Shown here piece after piece: positions 35,884 to 45,138 of a DNA stretch of 64,000 bases. Source of the DNA: Candidatus Saccharimonadales bacterium (GTDB lineage: Bacteria; Patescibacteriota; Saccharimonadia; Saccharimonadales; UBA10212); contig DASTHW010000013.1 in assembly GCA_035717985.1 (NCBI GenBank), forward strand, positions 73,436 through 137,435. Reading direction: 5' to 3'. Both the position numbers and the translations under genes were made by a program. The notes under the pieces are model-generated. The model was not told the DNA's origin, did not search any database, and worked only from the letters and a program-made list of their open reading frames with translations. Each line of letters opens with the position of its first letter. Positions within the stretch are counted from its first letter, which is position 1.

Positions 35884-37214
35884 GCGGGCACAGCAAAGTC
35901 TGGATAGACTTAACAGACATCATTGAGTGGCGAGGGCATCATACCGGTATCCAAAGAGTTGTATATCAGTTAGCGAGCCGCTATAGCCAAGATCCAGAAA
36001 CCGGTTACTTTACATTTGATCCGCGGTCGAAGAAATTCCGCGAGGCTTCATTTACATCAATTGAGCAAGCGATGGCGGCCGAAAAGGAAAGGCCAAGCCA
36101 GAAAGCGGCTGAATATCAAGTCAATAAATATAAGGTCATCGCCTATAAAGTCTATGCAAAGTCACCATTGTGGCTAAAGGATAGGGTAGCTACGCCTAAA
36201 AACAAGGACCGGTTAAGGCGCGTCTATCACCGAGCCGCCAATATCCGCCAGCGGCCAAAGCTGGCTAAAGTATCGGCTATTAGTGCGAGAGAGGTCAGCT
36301 TTGGAGCAGGCGACACGGTGTTGGTGCTAGGCAAAGCGTGGGATTATTCTCCTGATTTCATGGAAGCTATGCGTCGCAAAAAACTACGGGCAGACTTCAA
36401 GCTGGTACAGGTGGTATATGACCTTATACCAATATTCTGTCCACACCTTTTCGGGATTCCGCTGATTGAACCGTACACCAAACACTTATTTGAAGTATGC
36501 GCTAGCTCCGACGGTCTACTGGCCATATCGCAATCTACCAAGCGGGATGTGCAGAAGTTCTGTAAAGAAATGGAACTGGCGGAACCGCCAATCGCTGTTA
36601 TCCATCTAGGCGACGACTTTATAGAGGCACCGACGGCCCCACCCGATATTTCCGGCGTAAAATCCGGTAATTTTATCTTGAGCGTCGGCACACTCGAGGT
36701 TCGCAAAAATCGTCAGCTTATACATATGGCCTATAAGGAAGGCTTACTGCGAGGCATTGACCTACCGCAGATGGTTATAATTGGTGCTAAAGGCTGGTAT
36801 AACGAAGATGTACTTTATCAATTCCAATTTGATCCGCAGTTAAAGGATAAGGTGCATGTTTTACATGGCGTCAATGATTCAGAACTACGCTGGTTATATG
36901 AGAATTGTCTTTTTACTACCTTCCCGTCAATTTATGAAGGCTGGGGGCTACCGGTAGCCGAATCTTTGGCCTACGGCAAATTTTGCCTAACCACTAATGT
37001 ATCCTCAATGCCTGAAATTGCCGGTGATCTACTGGAGTATTCCTCTCCTTATGATTCATCTCAGTATCTAGATCTGTTAGTAAAGTATCTCGATCCAGCA
37101 ACTCTTAAAAATAAAGAGGAAGAAATAGCTAAAAAATATCAGCCGACTCAGTGGGGTGATACTTTTAAGCAAGCAAAAGATTTTTTAGAAACTAAAGTTT
37201 CTGGTCATCGCTAG
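35880..37214 (+). CDS. GT4-family glycosyltransferase
   Basis: 444 aa. Contains VWIDLTDIIEWRGHHTGIQRVVYQL and PSIYEGWGLPVAESLAYGKFCLTTNVSSMPEIAG. Confidence 0.85.
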   Translation: MSGHSKVWIDLTDIIEWRGHHTGIQRVVYQLASRYSQDPETGYFTFDPRSKKFREASFTSIEQAMAAEKERPSQKAAEYQVNKYKVIAYKVYAKSPLWLKDRVATPKNKDRLRRVYHRAANIRQRPKLAKVSAISAREVSFGAGDTVLVLGKAWDYSPDFMEAMRRKKLRADFKLVQVVYDLIPIFCPHLFGIPLIEPYTKHLFEVCASSDGLLAISQSTKRDVQKFCKEMELAEPPIAVIHLGDDFIEAPTAPPDISGVKSGNFILSVGTLEVRKNRQLIHMAYKEGLLRGIDLPQMVIIGAKGWYNEDVLYQFQFDPQLKDKVHVLHGVNDSELRWLYENCLFTTFPSIYEGWGLPVAESLAYGKFCLTTNVSSMPEIAGDLLEYSSPYDSSQYLDLLVKYLDPATLKNKEEEIAKKYQPTQWGDTFKQAKDFLETKVSGHR

Positions 37215-37334
37215 TCATAATTAATAAAGCTGTCGCTATCTTCGCCGGCTATAGCTGTATCTAGTAATTATAATCTGGCTTTTTACAACGAGCTCAGCGC
37301 GGCAGTTAGATTATAATAATGCCTATAATTTATC

Positions 37335-38189
37335 ATGGCTCAAACCTCTAAACCCCTAGTTACGTACTCGCAAAATCGAGAAGATTTCTTTCTTTGGGCG
37401 CTTATAGGCCATCGCAAGAATGGCTTTTACGTTGATGTCGGGGCGCATGATCCGGAACTACATTCAGTCACTAAGCTTTTTTATGACAGGGGTTGGTCGG
37501 GTATCAATATCGAAGCGAACCCTCACTTATTTAAACCTTTTCCAAGAGCACGCAAAAGAGATATTAATCTTAATGTCGGCGTAGCCGATAAAAAACAACT
37601 GCTGGTGTTCCGGCGCTACCCGCATCATCCGGGCTTCTCGACCTTTTCAGAATATGTAAAAAAAGAGCACGAATCAGAACAAATACCTCATGTTGACGAA
37701 GCGATACCGGCTAGGCCTCTTAAAGATATATTTAGAGAGTATAAGGTTAAAAAAATCGACTTTATGTCAATAGATGTGGAGGGTTTTGAGGTAGAAGTCA
37801 TAAAAGGAAATGACTGGGAAAAATATAGGCCAAATGTCATGGTCTTAGAAGCTACCATGAGAAAAAAAGTAAACCCTCTACTTAAATCTCTGGGTTATAA
37901 ACTTGAGTTCTTCGACGGGTTGAATAACTACTATGTTGATACCCGATCCACTGAGCAGTTGACGATTTACAGATACGCCCCCACCATTTTGGCCAGCGGT
38001 TTTTATACAACTTTTGAGGATAGGCTACAAAAACAGCTAAGGAAACTTTCTGACGAACTTGACCAAAAAAATAGGGAGTATGAACTAATTAATAGTCAGC
38101 TCAACGAAATGAAACGGCTGAGAAACCAGCCAAAGAACCTAGCCAAAGCGAGCAGGGCTTTTTTGCACTATCGGCTAAACCGTAAGTAG
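37335..38189 (+). CDS. FkbM-family methyltransferase with C-terminal coiled coil
   Basis: 284 aa. Contains YVDVGAHDPELHSVT and IDFMSIDVEGFE. The C-terminal heptad-like segment is LQKQLRKLSDELDQKNREYELINSQLNEMKRLRN. Confidence 0.8.
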   Translation: MAQTSKPLVTYSQNREDFFLWALIGHRKNGFYVDVGAHDPELHSVTKLFYDRGWSGINIEANPHLFKPFPRARKRDINLNVGVADKKQLLVFRRYPHHPGFSTFSEYVKKEHESEQIPHVDEAIPARPLKDIFREYKVKKIDFMSIDVEGFEVEVIKGNDWEKYRPNVMVLEATMRKKVNPLLKSLGYKLEFFDGLNNYYVDTRSTEQLTIYRYAPTILASGFYTTFEDRLQKQLRKLSDELDQKNREYELINSQLNEMKRLRNQPKNLAKASRAFLHYRLNRK

Positions 38190-38191
38190 AT

Positions 38192-40096
38192 CTAAGGTAC
38201 TGTTACACCGGTCCAGGGAAGCCAGACATTGTTAAAAGGAATATTCCAGGCTAATCCCGGTGCTCCTTCCTGGACCAACTGGAAGTACTCCTGATATGTC
38301 TTTGAGGCCTCGCCGGCGGGTACGTTAATTGGAATATCAAACTGGGCGTACTGCCCAACTTTGACAGTGTGCCAGTTATTGGCAAGACAAGTAGTAGCAA
38401 TAGTATTACAGCCAGTGTCGCCATTCCAGCCTGTATCATAGACTCTAGAAAATCCGTTAGCAGTGGCTGGGTAAATAAGCGGACGGTTTTTGCTTGGCCA
38501 GGTACTGCCAAAATCATCAATTCTATTGATGGGATTAGAAGTAGCTAGATGTATGGGTAGCACTCCGGGGGGGAGATCATGGTCGTCAAACCATGGGTCG
38601 GTGCCAACATTCTTAAAAACAAACGAGATTGTGCCTGAAGAGCCCTTATTTATTGTTTGAGTGGGACTATTTTGTATCCAGCTAGCCTTATAGTTCGGTA
38701 CGTTTATGCCAATATCTAAATATGCCCACGCTCCCATATTCCAATTACTTGAGCCCTCGACTACCGGTTGAAAATATTCTCTATAAACTCCGCCGGGGAT
38801 GGACGGATTAGCATAAAGAGTAAAAGCAAATTCTCCAATCTGTCCGGGTCTTACTGTATGTTGATCGGCCGGTACCGTATCGAGTGAACCATCGGCATTA
38901 TAGACTTTGTAGATAATGCCGGTCGGCCTGCTTGGCGACAGCCAATTACCTGCCGCAAAAGAGCTCTTTTTATTTATAGGATTAGATACTGCTAGATGGA
39001 TAGGATTCCAGCCCGAGAAAGTGCTTTGGTCGTCTTTCCAGAAATTATATCCAGTATTCTTGAAGCGAATGAATACGCTTACATTAACACCGGAATTAAT
39101 AATCGTGTATCCGCTTTCAGAATCGTATGTGGCGGAATACGCTGGGCCGGTTGCCGGTCCAAACCAAGATTCAAAAATTGAGTCGAAGCTCTGAATGTGA
39201 GGAGTATAGACATAAAGTGCGGCAGTCCCGCCCGTGCTCATCAGTAAACTTTGATTATCAATATTCGCGTAGCCGTCATAACTGGCAGTTGAGGTATCGG
39301 TGGGGCAACGTTTGTAATTACCTTGTGTCATTAGACCGGAGTAGCAGGCCCAGTTTGAGGGAATATTCAATGCCGCCGCGCAGGTATTGTTGTCGTCGCA
39401 GTGGTTCCAGTTACCATTTATGGCCGCCCACCAGGTTTGGCCCTCTGAATGATGCCTGGAAAAAGATAACAACCATGCAGTGCGGATGACCTGCTCTGAA
39501 AAACCTGCCATATAATTTTTATTGACGCAGGTATTTGTTACGGAATTTACGGGATTACCATTTCTGTAGTATAAGGGTGTCTGCAAAGCGGAGGAGTCAG
39601 AATATGGATCATTACCGTTATAGGTGTAGGCATGTTCTGTGACAGTATCAGGACAGTTATAGCCTGTAGCTGAAGCAAATTGCCAATCGTTACAGCCTTG
39701 GCTGTAACCGGAAGGGGCATTGCCGTTAATCAGCAATTCCTCGTTCTGTAGCTTTGTAAGCAAAACCTGCGGATTGATCTGATTGGCTATGGCGGCATCG
39801 TAAATGACTTGCCCGGCAGAGACGGGAGAACCATAGGTATATTTACCGTCTATATTGGAGGATAGCGGGCTGTAGCCGGTTGGGTCCGGCGCCGTGAAAC
39901 CGCTATTCGTACTTATACAGCTACCCGGAAATCCGTTCAGAAAAGTATCAATTTGTGATGCTGTCATTGTTGTAGTGTTATCAAAAACCGCATCATCGAT
40001 CAGGCGGCTAGAGCTTGAGGCGGCCAGAGCCGACGAACCGGATGCGGCTAAGGCGCCTGCTATTACAGGAATAAGACAAACAATAAACTTTTTCAT
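38192..40096 (-). CDS. Secreted Cys-rich protein with two C-terminal Ig-like (NBR1/CARDB-type) repeats
   Basis: About 634 aa with a signal peptide ending in ALAASSS. An internal repeat is visible: FKNTGYNFWKDDQSTFSGWNPIHLAVSNPINKKSSFAAGNWLSPSRP versus FKNVGTDPWFDDHDLPPGVLPIHLATSNPINRIDDFGSTWPSKNRP. The ATG at 40096 overlaps the stop of the upstream gene. Confidence 0.6.
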   Translation of the reverse strand: MKKFIVCLIPVIAGALAASGSSALAASSSSRLIDDAVFDNTTTMTASQIDTFLNGFPGSCISTNSGFTAPDPTGYSPLSSNIDGKYTYGSPVSAGQVIYDAAIANQINPQVLLTKLQNEELLINGNAPSGYSQGCNDWQFASATGYNCPDTVTEHAYTYNGNDPYSDSSALQTPLYYRNGNPVNSVTNTCVNKNYMAGFSEQVIRTAWLLSFSRHHSEGQTWWAAINGNWNHCDDNNTCAAALNIPSNWACYSGLMTQGNYKRCPTDTSTASYDGYANIDNQSLLMSTGGTAALYVYTPHIQSFDSIFESWFGPATGPAYSATYDSESGYTIINSGVNVSVFIRFKNTGYNFWKDDQSTFSGWNPIHLAVSNPINKKSSFAAGNWLSPSRPTGIIYKVYNADGSLDTVPADQHTVRPGQIGEFAFTLYANPSIPGGVYREYFQPVVEGSSNWNMGAWAYLDIGINVPNYKASWIQNSPTQTINKGSSGTISFVFKNVGTDPWFDDHDLPPGVLPIHLATSNPINRIDDFGSTWPSKNRPLIYPATANGFSRVYDTGWNGDTGCNTIATTCLANNWHTVKVGQYAQFDIPINVPAGEASKTYQEYFQLVQEGAPGLAWNIPFNNVWLPWTGVTVP

Positions 40097-40650
40097 CACT
40101 TAATAACTAATGTCATTGGGTCTGCTACTTTTGCGGTCTGGCCATTTAAAACGGCTACTGCTGTTACAGTCCAAGAGCCCGAGCTAAGGCCGGCTGAGCC
40201 AATACTCCAATACCAATAAACGGCACCTTTACCGTCCGTTTGTTGTTCTTCTAATTTCTTTACCGTGCTTCCATTGGTAAATTCTATATAACAGCTGGCT
40301 CCGGGCGTTGTGTTGCAGACGGACACCTCTGCTACGGTGCCGTCGGGATGATGATTGCTTACGAAGTCACCTGTAGGAAGCTGGGGGCCCGGTCCGCTTG
40401 TGTTTTGCGGCCCGGAAGATTGGGTTTGAGTGTTTTTGGGAGAAGTAGGCGTTTTGCTGGTGTCTGTTGAGCTAACTTTAGATGCTGAAGGGATCGGGGT
40501 AGAACTAGGGATTACAGCATTATTATGTGAATTCATCTTTTTATAGCCAAAAAAGGCTCCGGCCAAAATTATCACCACAATTACTAGCGACAACACTAAA
40601 TGTTCTTGCAAGAATCTTATATTTTTGTTCATTTTTTGTTTTGTGCTCAC
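40096..40650 (-). CDS. Membrane-anchored protein with Ser/Thr/Pro-rich linker and small beta-rich exo-domain
   Basis: 184 aa with one TM helix (LVLSLVIVVIILAGAFFGY). An S/T/P-rich linker of about 70 aa follows, then a globular C-terminal domain. It is translationally coupled to the downstream secreted protein. Confidence 0.55.
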   Translation of the reverse strand: MSTKQKMNKNIRFLQEHLVLSLVIVVIILAGAFFGYKKMNSHNNAVIPSSTPIPSASKVSSTDTSKTPTSPKNTQTQSSGPQNTSGPGPQLPTGDFVSNHHPDGTVAEVSVCNTTPGASCYIEFTNGSTVKKLEEQQTDGKGAVYWYWSIGSAGLSSGSWTVTAVAVLNGQTAKVADPMTLVIK

Positions 40651-40717
40651 CGATATTATTTTAGTACTTATGCACAGCCTTAATCAATAACTGATGGCGT
40701 GTAGTAATGACATCAGA

Positions 40718-41242
40718 TTAGCTTCGGCCGAAGTCATCTTGGAGACGGACGATGTCGTCTTCGTTGGAAGGGTTAGCGAGGTCGGTGTGTTGCCAGATCT
40801 CGGCTACCAGGGCCCAGCCGGTTAGGCCCACCCCGCGGTGGCGGGTGCCTTGGGCAATGCTTACTACCTCACCCTCGTTGACCCGCTCGGGCGGCTCTTC
40901 TTTATCGGTCTTAGAAGTAACTAAATCGTATGAGCCAGCTAGAGTTCGCCATATCTCACTGCGCCGGTGGTGGTACTGCCAGCTCAACCGCTGGCCGGGG
41001 GCGATACCTAAAAACTTAGGTCTTAGAGGCAGACCTTTTTTGATGTCAGCTAAGTCTACTCCGGCATAAAATTCTTTAATGAACTGAGGAGCCTGGGATT
41101 CATCAACTGAAAGGAAGAATCCCCAGGGGCGAGTAATGTCTATGTCTATAAATTTAAAGTCTTTTTTTAGAAGGATTGCCGCGGCTTGCTGAAAGACTTC
41201 TGTTTTATTTTTGGAGGCCGTATTGAATACATAACTGCTCAT
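40718..41242 (-). CDS. Cupin-type mannose-6-phosphate isomerase (type II PMI C-terminal domain as a stand-alone protein)
   Basis: The start was moved to the ATG at 41242, because the ORF-track start would overlap the divergent manC-like gene. Contains RPWGFF, GQRLSWQYHHRRSEIW and GTRHR, a cupin motif pattern like the ManC C-domain. Confidence 0.7.
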   Translation of the reverse strand: MSSYVFNTASKNKTEVFQQAAAILLKKDFKFIDIDITRPWGFFLSVDESQAPQFIKEFYAGVDLADIKKGLPLRPKFLGIAPGQRLSWQYHHRRSEIWRTLAGSYDLVTSKTDKEEPPERVNEGEVVSIAQGTRHRGVGLTGWALVAEIWQHTDLANPSNEDDIVRLQDDFGRS

Positions 41243-41294
41243 GTAGCTTTTATCATAACAAATAGACCGGCCGGTTTTTGGTATCATCGTAAGG

Positions 41295-42356
41295 ATGATT
41301 ATAGTTATTATTGCCGGTGGCTCTGGTACCCGGCTATGGCCACTGTCCACCCAAGACTATCCGAAGCATTTGCTGAAACTAACAAATGACAGAAGTCTGC
41401 TTCAAAACACCTATGACAGAGTTAAAAGCCTGACCAAAGATATTTTTGTTGTTACTGAGAAATCTCATTCTAAATATGTACATCGGCAATTGTCGGAGGT
41501 ACCCGGCCGGCGGATTTTAGCAGAACCGGCCCGCCGCGGTACGGCCTCTTGCCTGGTTTTGGCTCTAAGCGAAATAAAAAGGCGCGGCTATAAGGACCAG
41601 GCTGTTTTTTTCCTCTGGGCCGACCATTTAGTAAAAGATGGCAAGGCCTTCACAAAGGCAATCGAGCAATCTGTTAGTTTAGCGGAGAAGGAACAAAAGT
41701 TGATCTTTATGGGTATAAAACCGACTTATGCTTCTACCGGGTTTGGCTATATCCAAAAAGGAAAGAAAAAAGCAAAAGATGTTTATGGGCTCCAGCAATT
41801 CGTGGAAAAGCCTAACGCCGCTACCGCGCAACGTTATCTAAAAAGCGGTCAATATTTGTGGAATACCGGCTACTTGACCGGCACAATTGAATCGTTTGAG
41901 CAAAACTTGCGTCAGCATGCCCCTAGACTTTGGAATGACTACCAGGCTTTAAATTCAGCCATTTTACCAATGTCCAGGCGCAAACTGTACTTGGATTTTG
42001 TGTCCGAACCCATTGATACGGCCATGAGTGAACATGTACCGGACGCTCTGACCGTTGAAGCCAAGTTCGATTGGGCGGACGTGGGCTCGTTTCATGATTT
42101 ACATGGCGTCAGCCAGCTGGATAAAACCGGTAATCATATAGGCGGCGAGAATATCACCCTAGAAAATGTAAATGACAGCTATGTGCGCAATGAGACCGAC
42201 GCGCCGGTAGCCGTTATTGGCCTGGACAATGTGGCGGTAATCGTTACCGGCCAGGGTATTTTGGTCACCAACAAGGCCGAGGCCCAGAAAGTGGGCGACA
42301 TCAGTAAACGTTTGCAGGCCGAGAAAAACCAGCAAAAATGGTACGCAAAGTTATAG
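41295..42356 (+). CDS. manC: Mannose-1-phosphate guanylyltransferase (nucleotidyltransferase domain only)
   Basis: 353 aa. The N-terminus is MIIVIIAGGSGTRLWPLS, with PTYASTGFGYI further in. There is no fused cupin domain. Confidence 0.82.
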   Translation: MIIVIIAGGSGTRLWPLSTQDYPKHLLKLTNDRSLLQNTYDRVKSLTKDIFVVTEKSHSKYVHRQLSEVPGRRILAEPARRGTASCLVLALSEIKRRGYKDQAVFFLWADHLVKDGKAFTKAIEQSVSLAEKEQKLIFMGIKPTYASTGFGYIQKGKKKAKDVYGLQQFVEKPNAATAQRYLKSGQYLWNTGYLTGTIESFEQNLRQHAPRLWNDYQALNSAILPMSRRKLYLDFVSEPIDTAMSEHVPDALTVEAKFDWADVGSFHDLHGVSQLDKTGNHIGGENITLENVNDSYVRNETDAPVAVIGLDNVAVIVTGQGILVTNKAEAQKVGDISKRLQAEKNQQKWYAKL

Positions 42357-43108
42357 CTTTTGACCTGGACGGCACGTTAGCGCCCAGCAAATCGCCCTTA
42401 CCGGATAGAATGGGTCTAGCCCTGAACAATCTTTTAGGTAAATATCAAGTTTGCGTTATCTCTGGTGGTAAATTTGAACAATTTGAAAAGCAATTGCTAA
42501 CTGGTCTGAAGGCTGGCCCTGAAAAGTTAGCCAAGCTCCATCTTATGCCTACTTGTGGGACGCGCTACTACCGATTTAATTCCGGTGAGTGGCAGAAAAT
42601 TTACGCTGAAGATTTTGCCCCAGCCGAAAAAAAGAAAATTATTGATGTACTCAATAAAGTAGTCGACGAGCTGGGGTATCGCGAAAAACGGGTCTGGGGG
42701 CAGGAGATAGAAGACCGGGAAAGCCAAATAACTTATTCGGCCTTAGGGCAGGATATTGTTGAAAAACTGGGTAAAAAAGGCGTAAAGATGAAGTACGACT
42801 GGGACCCAGACAATTCTAAGAAGAACAAAATTCGTGATCTAGCGGCGCCGCTACTGCCGGAATTTGAGGTTAGGGTCGGTGGCGTAACATCGATAGATGT
42901 GACCAAGCCCGGAATCGATAAAGCCTATGGCATGCAAAAGTTGATGGCTGAGCTTTCAATAAAAAAAGAAGACATTTTATTTATTGGCGACCGTCTAAGC
43001 GAAGGTGGCAATGATTACCCAGTCAAAGCTTTTGGTATCGACTGCATGGAAATAAGCGATTGGCAAGAAACGGCCCTAGCCGTTGAAGCCATCGTTAATG
43101 TTAGCTAG
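42338..43108 (+). CDS. HAD-IIB phosphomannomutase (eukaryotic-type PMM family)
   Basis: 256 aa. HAD motif I is IAFDLDGTLAPSK. The cap region follows, then GDRLSEGGNDYP. It overlaps the manC-like gene by 19 nt. Confidence 0.7.
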   Translation: MVRKVIAFDLDGTLAPSKSPLPDRMGLALNNLLGKYQVCVISGGKFEQFEKQLLTGLKAGPEKLAKLHLMPTCGTRYYRFNSGEWQKIYAEDFAPAEKKKIIDVLNKVVDELGYREKRVWGQEIEDRESQITYSALGQDIVEKLGKKGVKMKYDWDPDNSKKNKIRDLAAPLLPEFEVRVGGVTSIDVTKPGIDKAYGMQKLMAELSIKKEDILFIGDRLSEGGNDYPVKAFGIDCMEISDWQETALAVEAIVNVS

Positions 43109-44115
43109 TTAAGAGTTTTCTGCCATCGCCAAGCGTCGGCGCAGGCATTTTCAATAGTTAATTCAGACTGCCAATTCAGATGTTTTTTAGCCTTTTTGGC
43201 TTCAGCATAATAGGCCGCTGGATCGCCTGGGCGTCTTGCTCCAATTTTATAGGGCACCTTTATATTATTAATTTTCTCGAAAGTTTTAATTAGTTCCAGT
43301 ACGCTGGTTGGTTTGCCAGTGCCGATATTATAGATTTCAAAAAGCCCTTTTCTTTGATGGAGGGCGTAGTCTAGGGCAGAGACGTGAGCCCGGGCAAGGT
43401 CCACCACGTGGACATAGTCTCGTTGGCAAGTGCCGTCTGGAGTTTGGTAATCATCACCAAAAATAGTTAACGGCGGAATTTTTTTAGCGCAGGCTTGTAC
43501 GACAATCGGCAAAAGATTTTGTGGTTTACCTTTAGGCAGTTCACCGATTTTAGCCTCTGGGTGAGCACCAACGACATTAAAATAACGCAGAGCCACACCC
43601 TTTAAATGCTTAGTAGCGGTGCAAGTATTTTTAAGAATGATCTCATCCATGTATTTACTCCAGCCGTACGGAGAAGTTGGCCGGCAGGCCGTTTCTTCGG
43701 TTACCAATGTTGCGGGCGGTTCACCATAAACAGCGGCGCTTGAAGAAAAAACAAAGTTATTAACAGCTTTCTTTGTTAAAAAATCTAAAAGATCCACAAA
43801 GCCAGAGACGTTATTGTCATAATATTTCAATGGTTGCTCTACAGACTCCCCCACGGCTTTATAGGCCGCAAAGTGAATAACCCCAGCTATTTTTTGAGCT
43901 TTAAAAATCTTTTCTAAAAGCGATTTGTCTTGGTAGTCGCCCTCGTATAGAGTGATTTGTTTGCCTGCTAATTTGTTAATTCGATCGACTATCCAGAGCT
44001 CTGAATTACTAAAATTATCAACTATTACCGGCCTGTAACCGGCTTTGGCTAGTTCCACAACAGTATGAGAACCGATGAAACCGTAACCGCCCGTAACAAG
44101 AATAGATTTTTGCAT
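43105..44115 (-). CDS. galE: UDP-glucose 4-epimerase
   Basis: The start was moved to the ATG at 44115 (MQKSILVTGGYGFIGSHTV). Catalytic YGWSKYM is present. It ends in the conserved WRWQ region. Confidence 0.88.
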   Translation of the reverse strand: MQKSILVTGGYGFIGSHTVVELAKAGYRPVIVDNFSNSELWIVDRINKLAGKQITLYEGDYQDKSLLEKIFKAQKIAGVIHFAAYKAVGESVEQPLKYYDNNVSGFVDLLDFLTKKAVNNFVFSSSAAVYGEPPATLVTEETACRPTSPYGWSKYMDEIILKNTCTATKHLKGVALRYFNVVGAHPEAKIGELPKGKPQNLLPIVVQACAKKIPPLTIFGDDYQTPDGTCQRDYVHVVDLARAHVSALDYALHQRKGLFEIYNIGTGKPTSVLELIKTFEKINNIKVPYKIGARRPGDPAAYYAEAKKAKKHLNWQSELTIENACADAWRWQKTLN

Positions 44116-44138
44116 CACGGCTAGTATAGCAAACGCGC

Positions 44139-44714
44139 TTAGCTTTGGATGGGCTGGATGTCTTTTAGGTTTGGATGACTTTTGTCGGATTCGGCAACTT
44201 CGGCCCACTCCAGCGGGATGGGCCACTGAACATTCAGTTCGGCATCCCAAAGGTTTATAGAAGTGGTGGGTGTGTCAGGCGAATCATAGCCGTTCATCAT
44301 TGAAGAATAAGCGGTGTCCGATTCCAGTGATTGAAAAGCCTGGCCACAGGCACGAGGGATAAATAGCGAAATACCAGGGTTCAGCTCAAAACTGGCAGTT
44401 TTGCCAAAACCGTCGCCGGCGCGTAGGTCTACTATCGCGGCGAAAACCGAGCCCGAAGCAATGGTAATAAATTGGTCGTACGGCTTGGCGTGAATACCCC
44501 TGGTGGCGCCTCTTTGGGCATGGTAAGAAATATTGTTTTGGACAATCTCAAAACCGGCCGGAAAGCCCAAGCTCTCAAACTTTTCTCGCTTAAAATTCTC
44601 CTTAAACCAGCCACGGCCCTCCGGCCGGACTTCCATACCGATAACCAGAAGACCCGGAACATCGGTGTGAGTAACTCTTACTTCGCGGTAACTGGATGGT
44701 TCAAAAACGTTCAT
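44139..44714 (-). CDS. dTDP-4-dehydrorhamnose 3,5-epimerase-like cupin (RmlC family)
   Basis: 191 aa. Contains RGWFKENFKREKFESLG and RGATRGIHAKPYDQFITIASGSVFAAIVDLR, which are RmlC fold motifs. Confidence 0.8.
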   Translation of the reverse strand: MNVFEPSSYREVRVTHTDVPGLLVIGMEVRPEGRGWFKENFKREKFESLGFPAGFEIVQNNISYHAQRGATRGIHAKPYDQFITIASGSVFAAIVDLRAGDGFGKTASFELNPGISLFIPRACGQAFQSLESDTAYSSMMNGYDSPDTPTTSINLWDAELNVQWPIPLEWAEVAESDKSHPNLKDIQPIQS

Positions 44715-44775
44715 TTTGAACTAATTATAAACAGTAGCGTTATATTGTAAAAGCTTATACTGGGACAGCGGTGGC

Positions 44776-44804
44776 TTGACTAGGTAATAGCCAACCCTTA
44801 AATT
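44776..44804 (+). promoter_or_regulatory. Candidate sigma70-type promoter for the 101-aa ORF
   Basis: TTGACT (44776-44781), a 17-nt spacer, then TAAATT (44799-44804). An AAAGGAG Shine-Dalgarno lies 7 nt before the ATG at 44826. Confidence 0.4.
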
Positions 44805-44825
44805 GTTTAGGAAAGGAGCAGACAA

Positions 44826-45131
44826 ATGGCCAATATGCATGAAGCGCCCACGGATCAAGTAACCGTCTATCCGGACGATATTACCAACCTGGAATATTTA
44901 GCGCAGATAAACCAGAGATTGGTGGAAGAAAGAGCCGCCGGTCAGCCAAAACTGCAAAGAACGGTGGAAGCGTCTACGGCCTTGGCGCAGTTAATCAAGA
45001 CTCAAGTTGAGCCTAGAAGTACACATCCAACTGGATCTGCTGGTGTAGTAATTGAAATAGATAGGGACTTACTGCCTACATTATCTATATCAAGAAACCT
45101 TGGCAGTACTTATACCGAGCTACCCGCCTAG
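44826..45131 (+). CDS. Hypothetical protein
   Basis: 101 aa with a good SD and promoter-like elements upstream. I recognise no family. Confidence 0.5.
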   Translation: MANMHEAPTDQVTVYPDDITNLEYLAQINQRLVEERAAGQPKLQRTVEASTALAQLIKTQVEPRSTHPTGSAGVVIEIDRDLLPTLSISRNLGSTYTELPA

Positions 45132-45138
45132 CCGCATT

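Noticed and set aside
40718-41350. ORF-track N-terminal extensions of the PMI-cupin (to 41350), galE (to 44250), wzt (from 30379), GtrA (from 49333) and the pilin 1465..1980
   Set aside because: The extensions overlap neighbouring genes or divergent promoters and add non-homologous residues in front of the conserved N-termini. Internal ATGs with better context were chosen instead.
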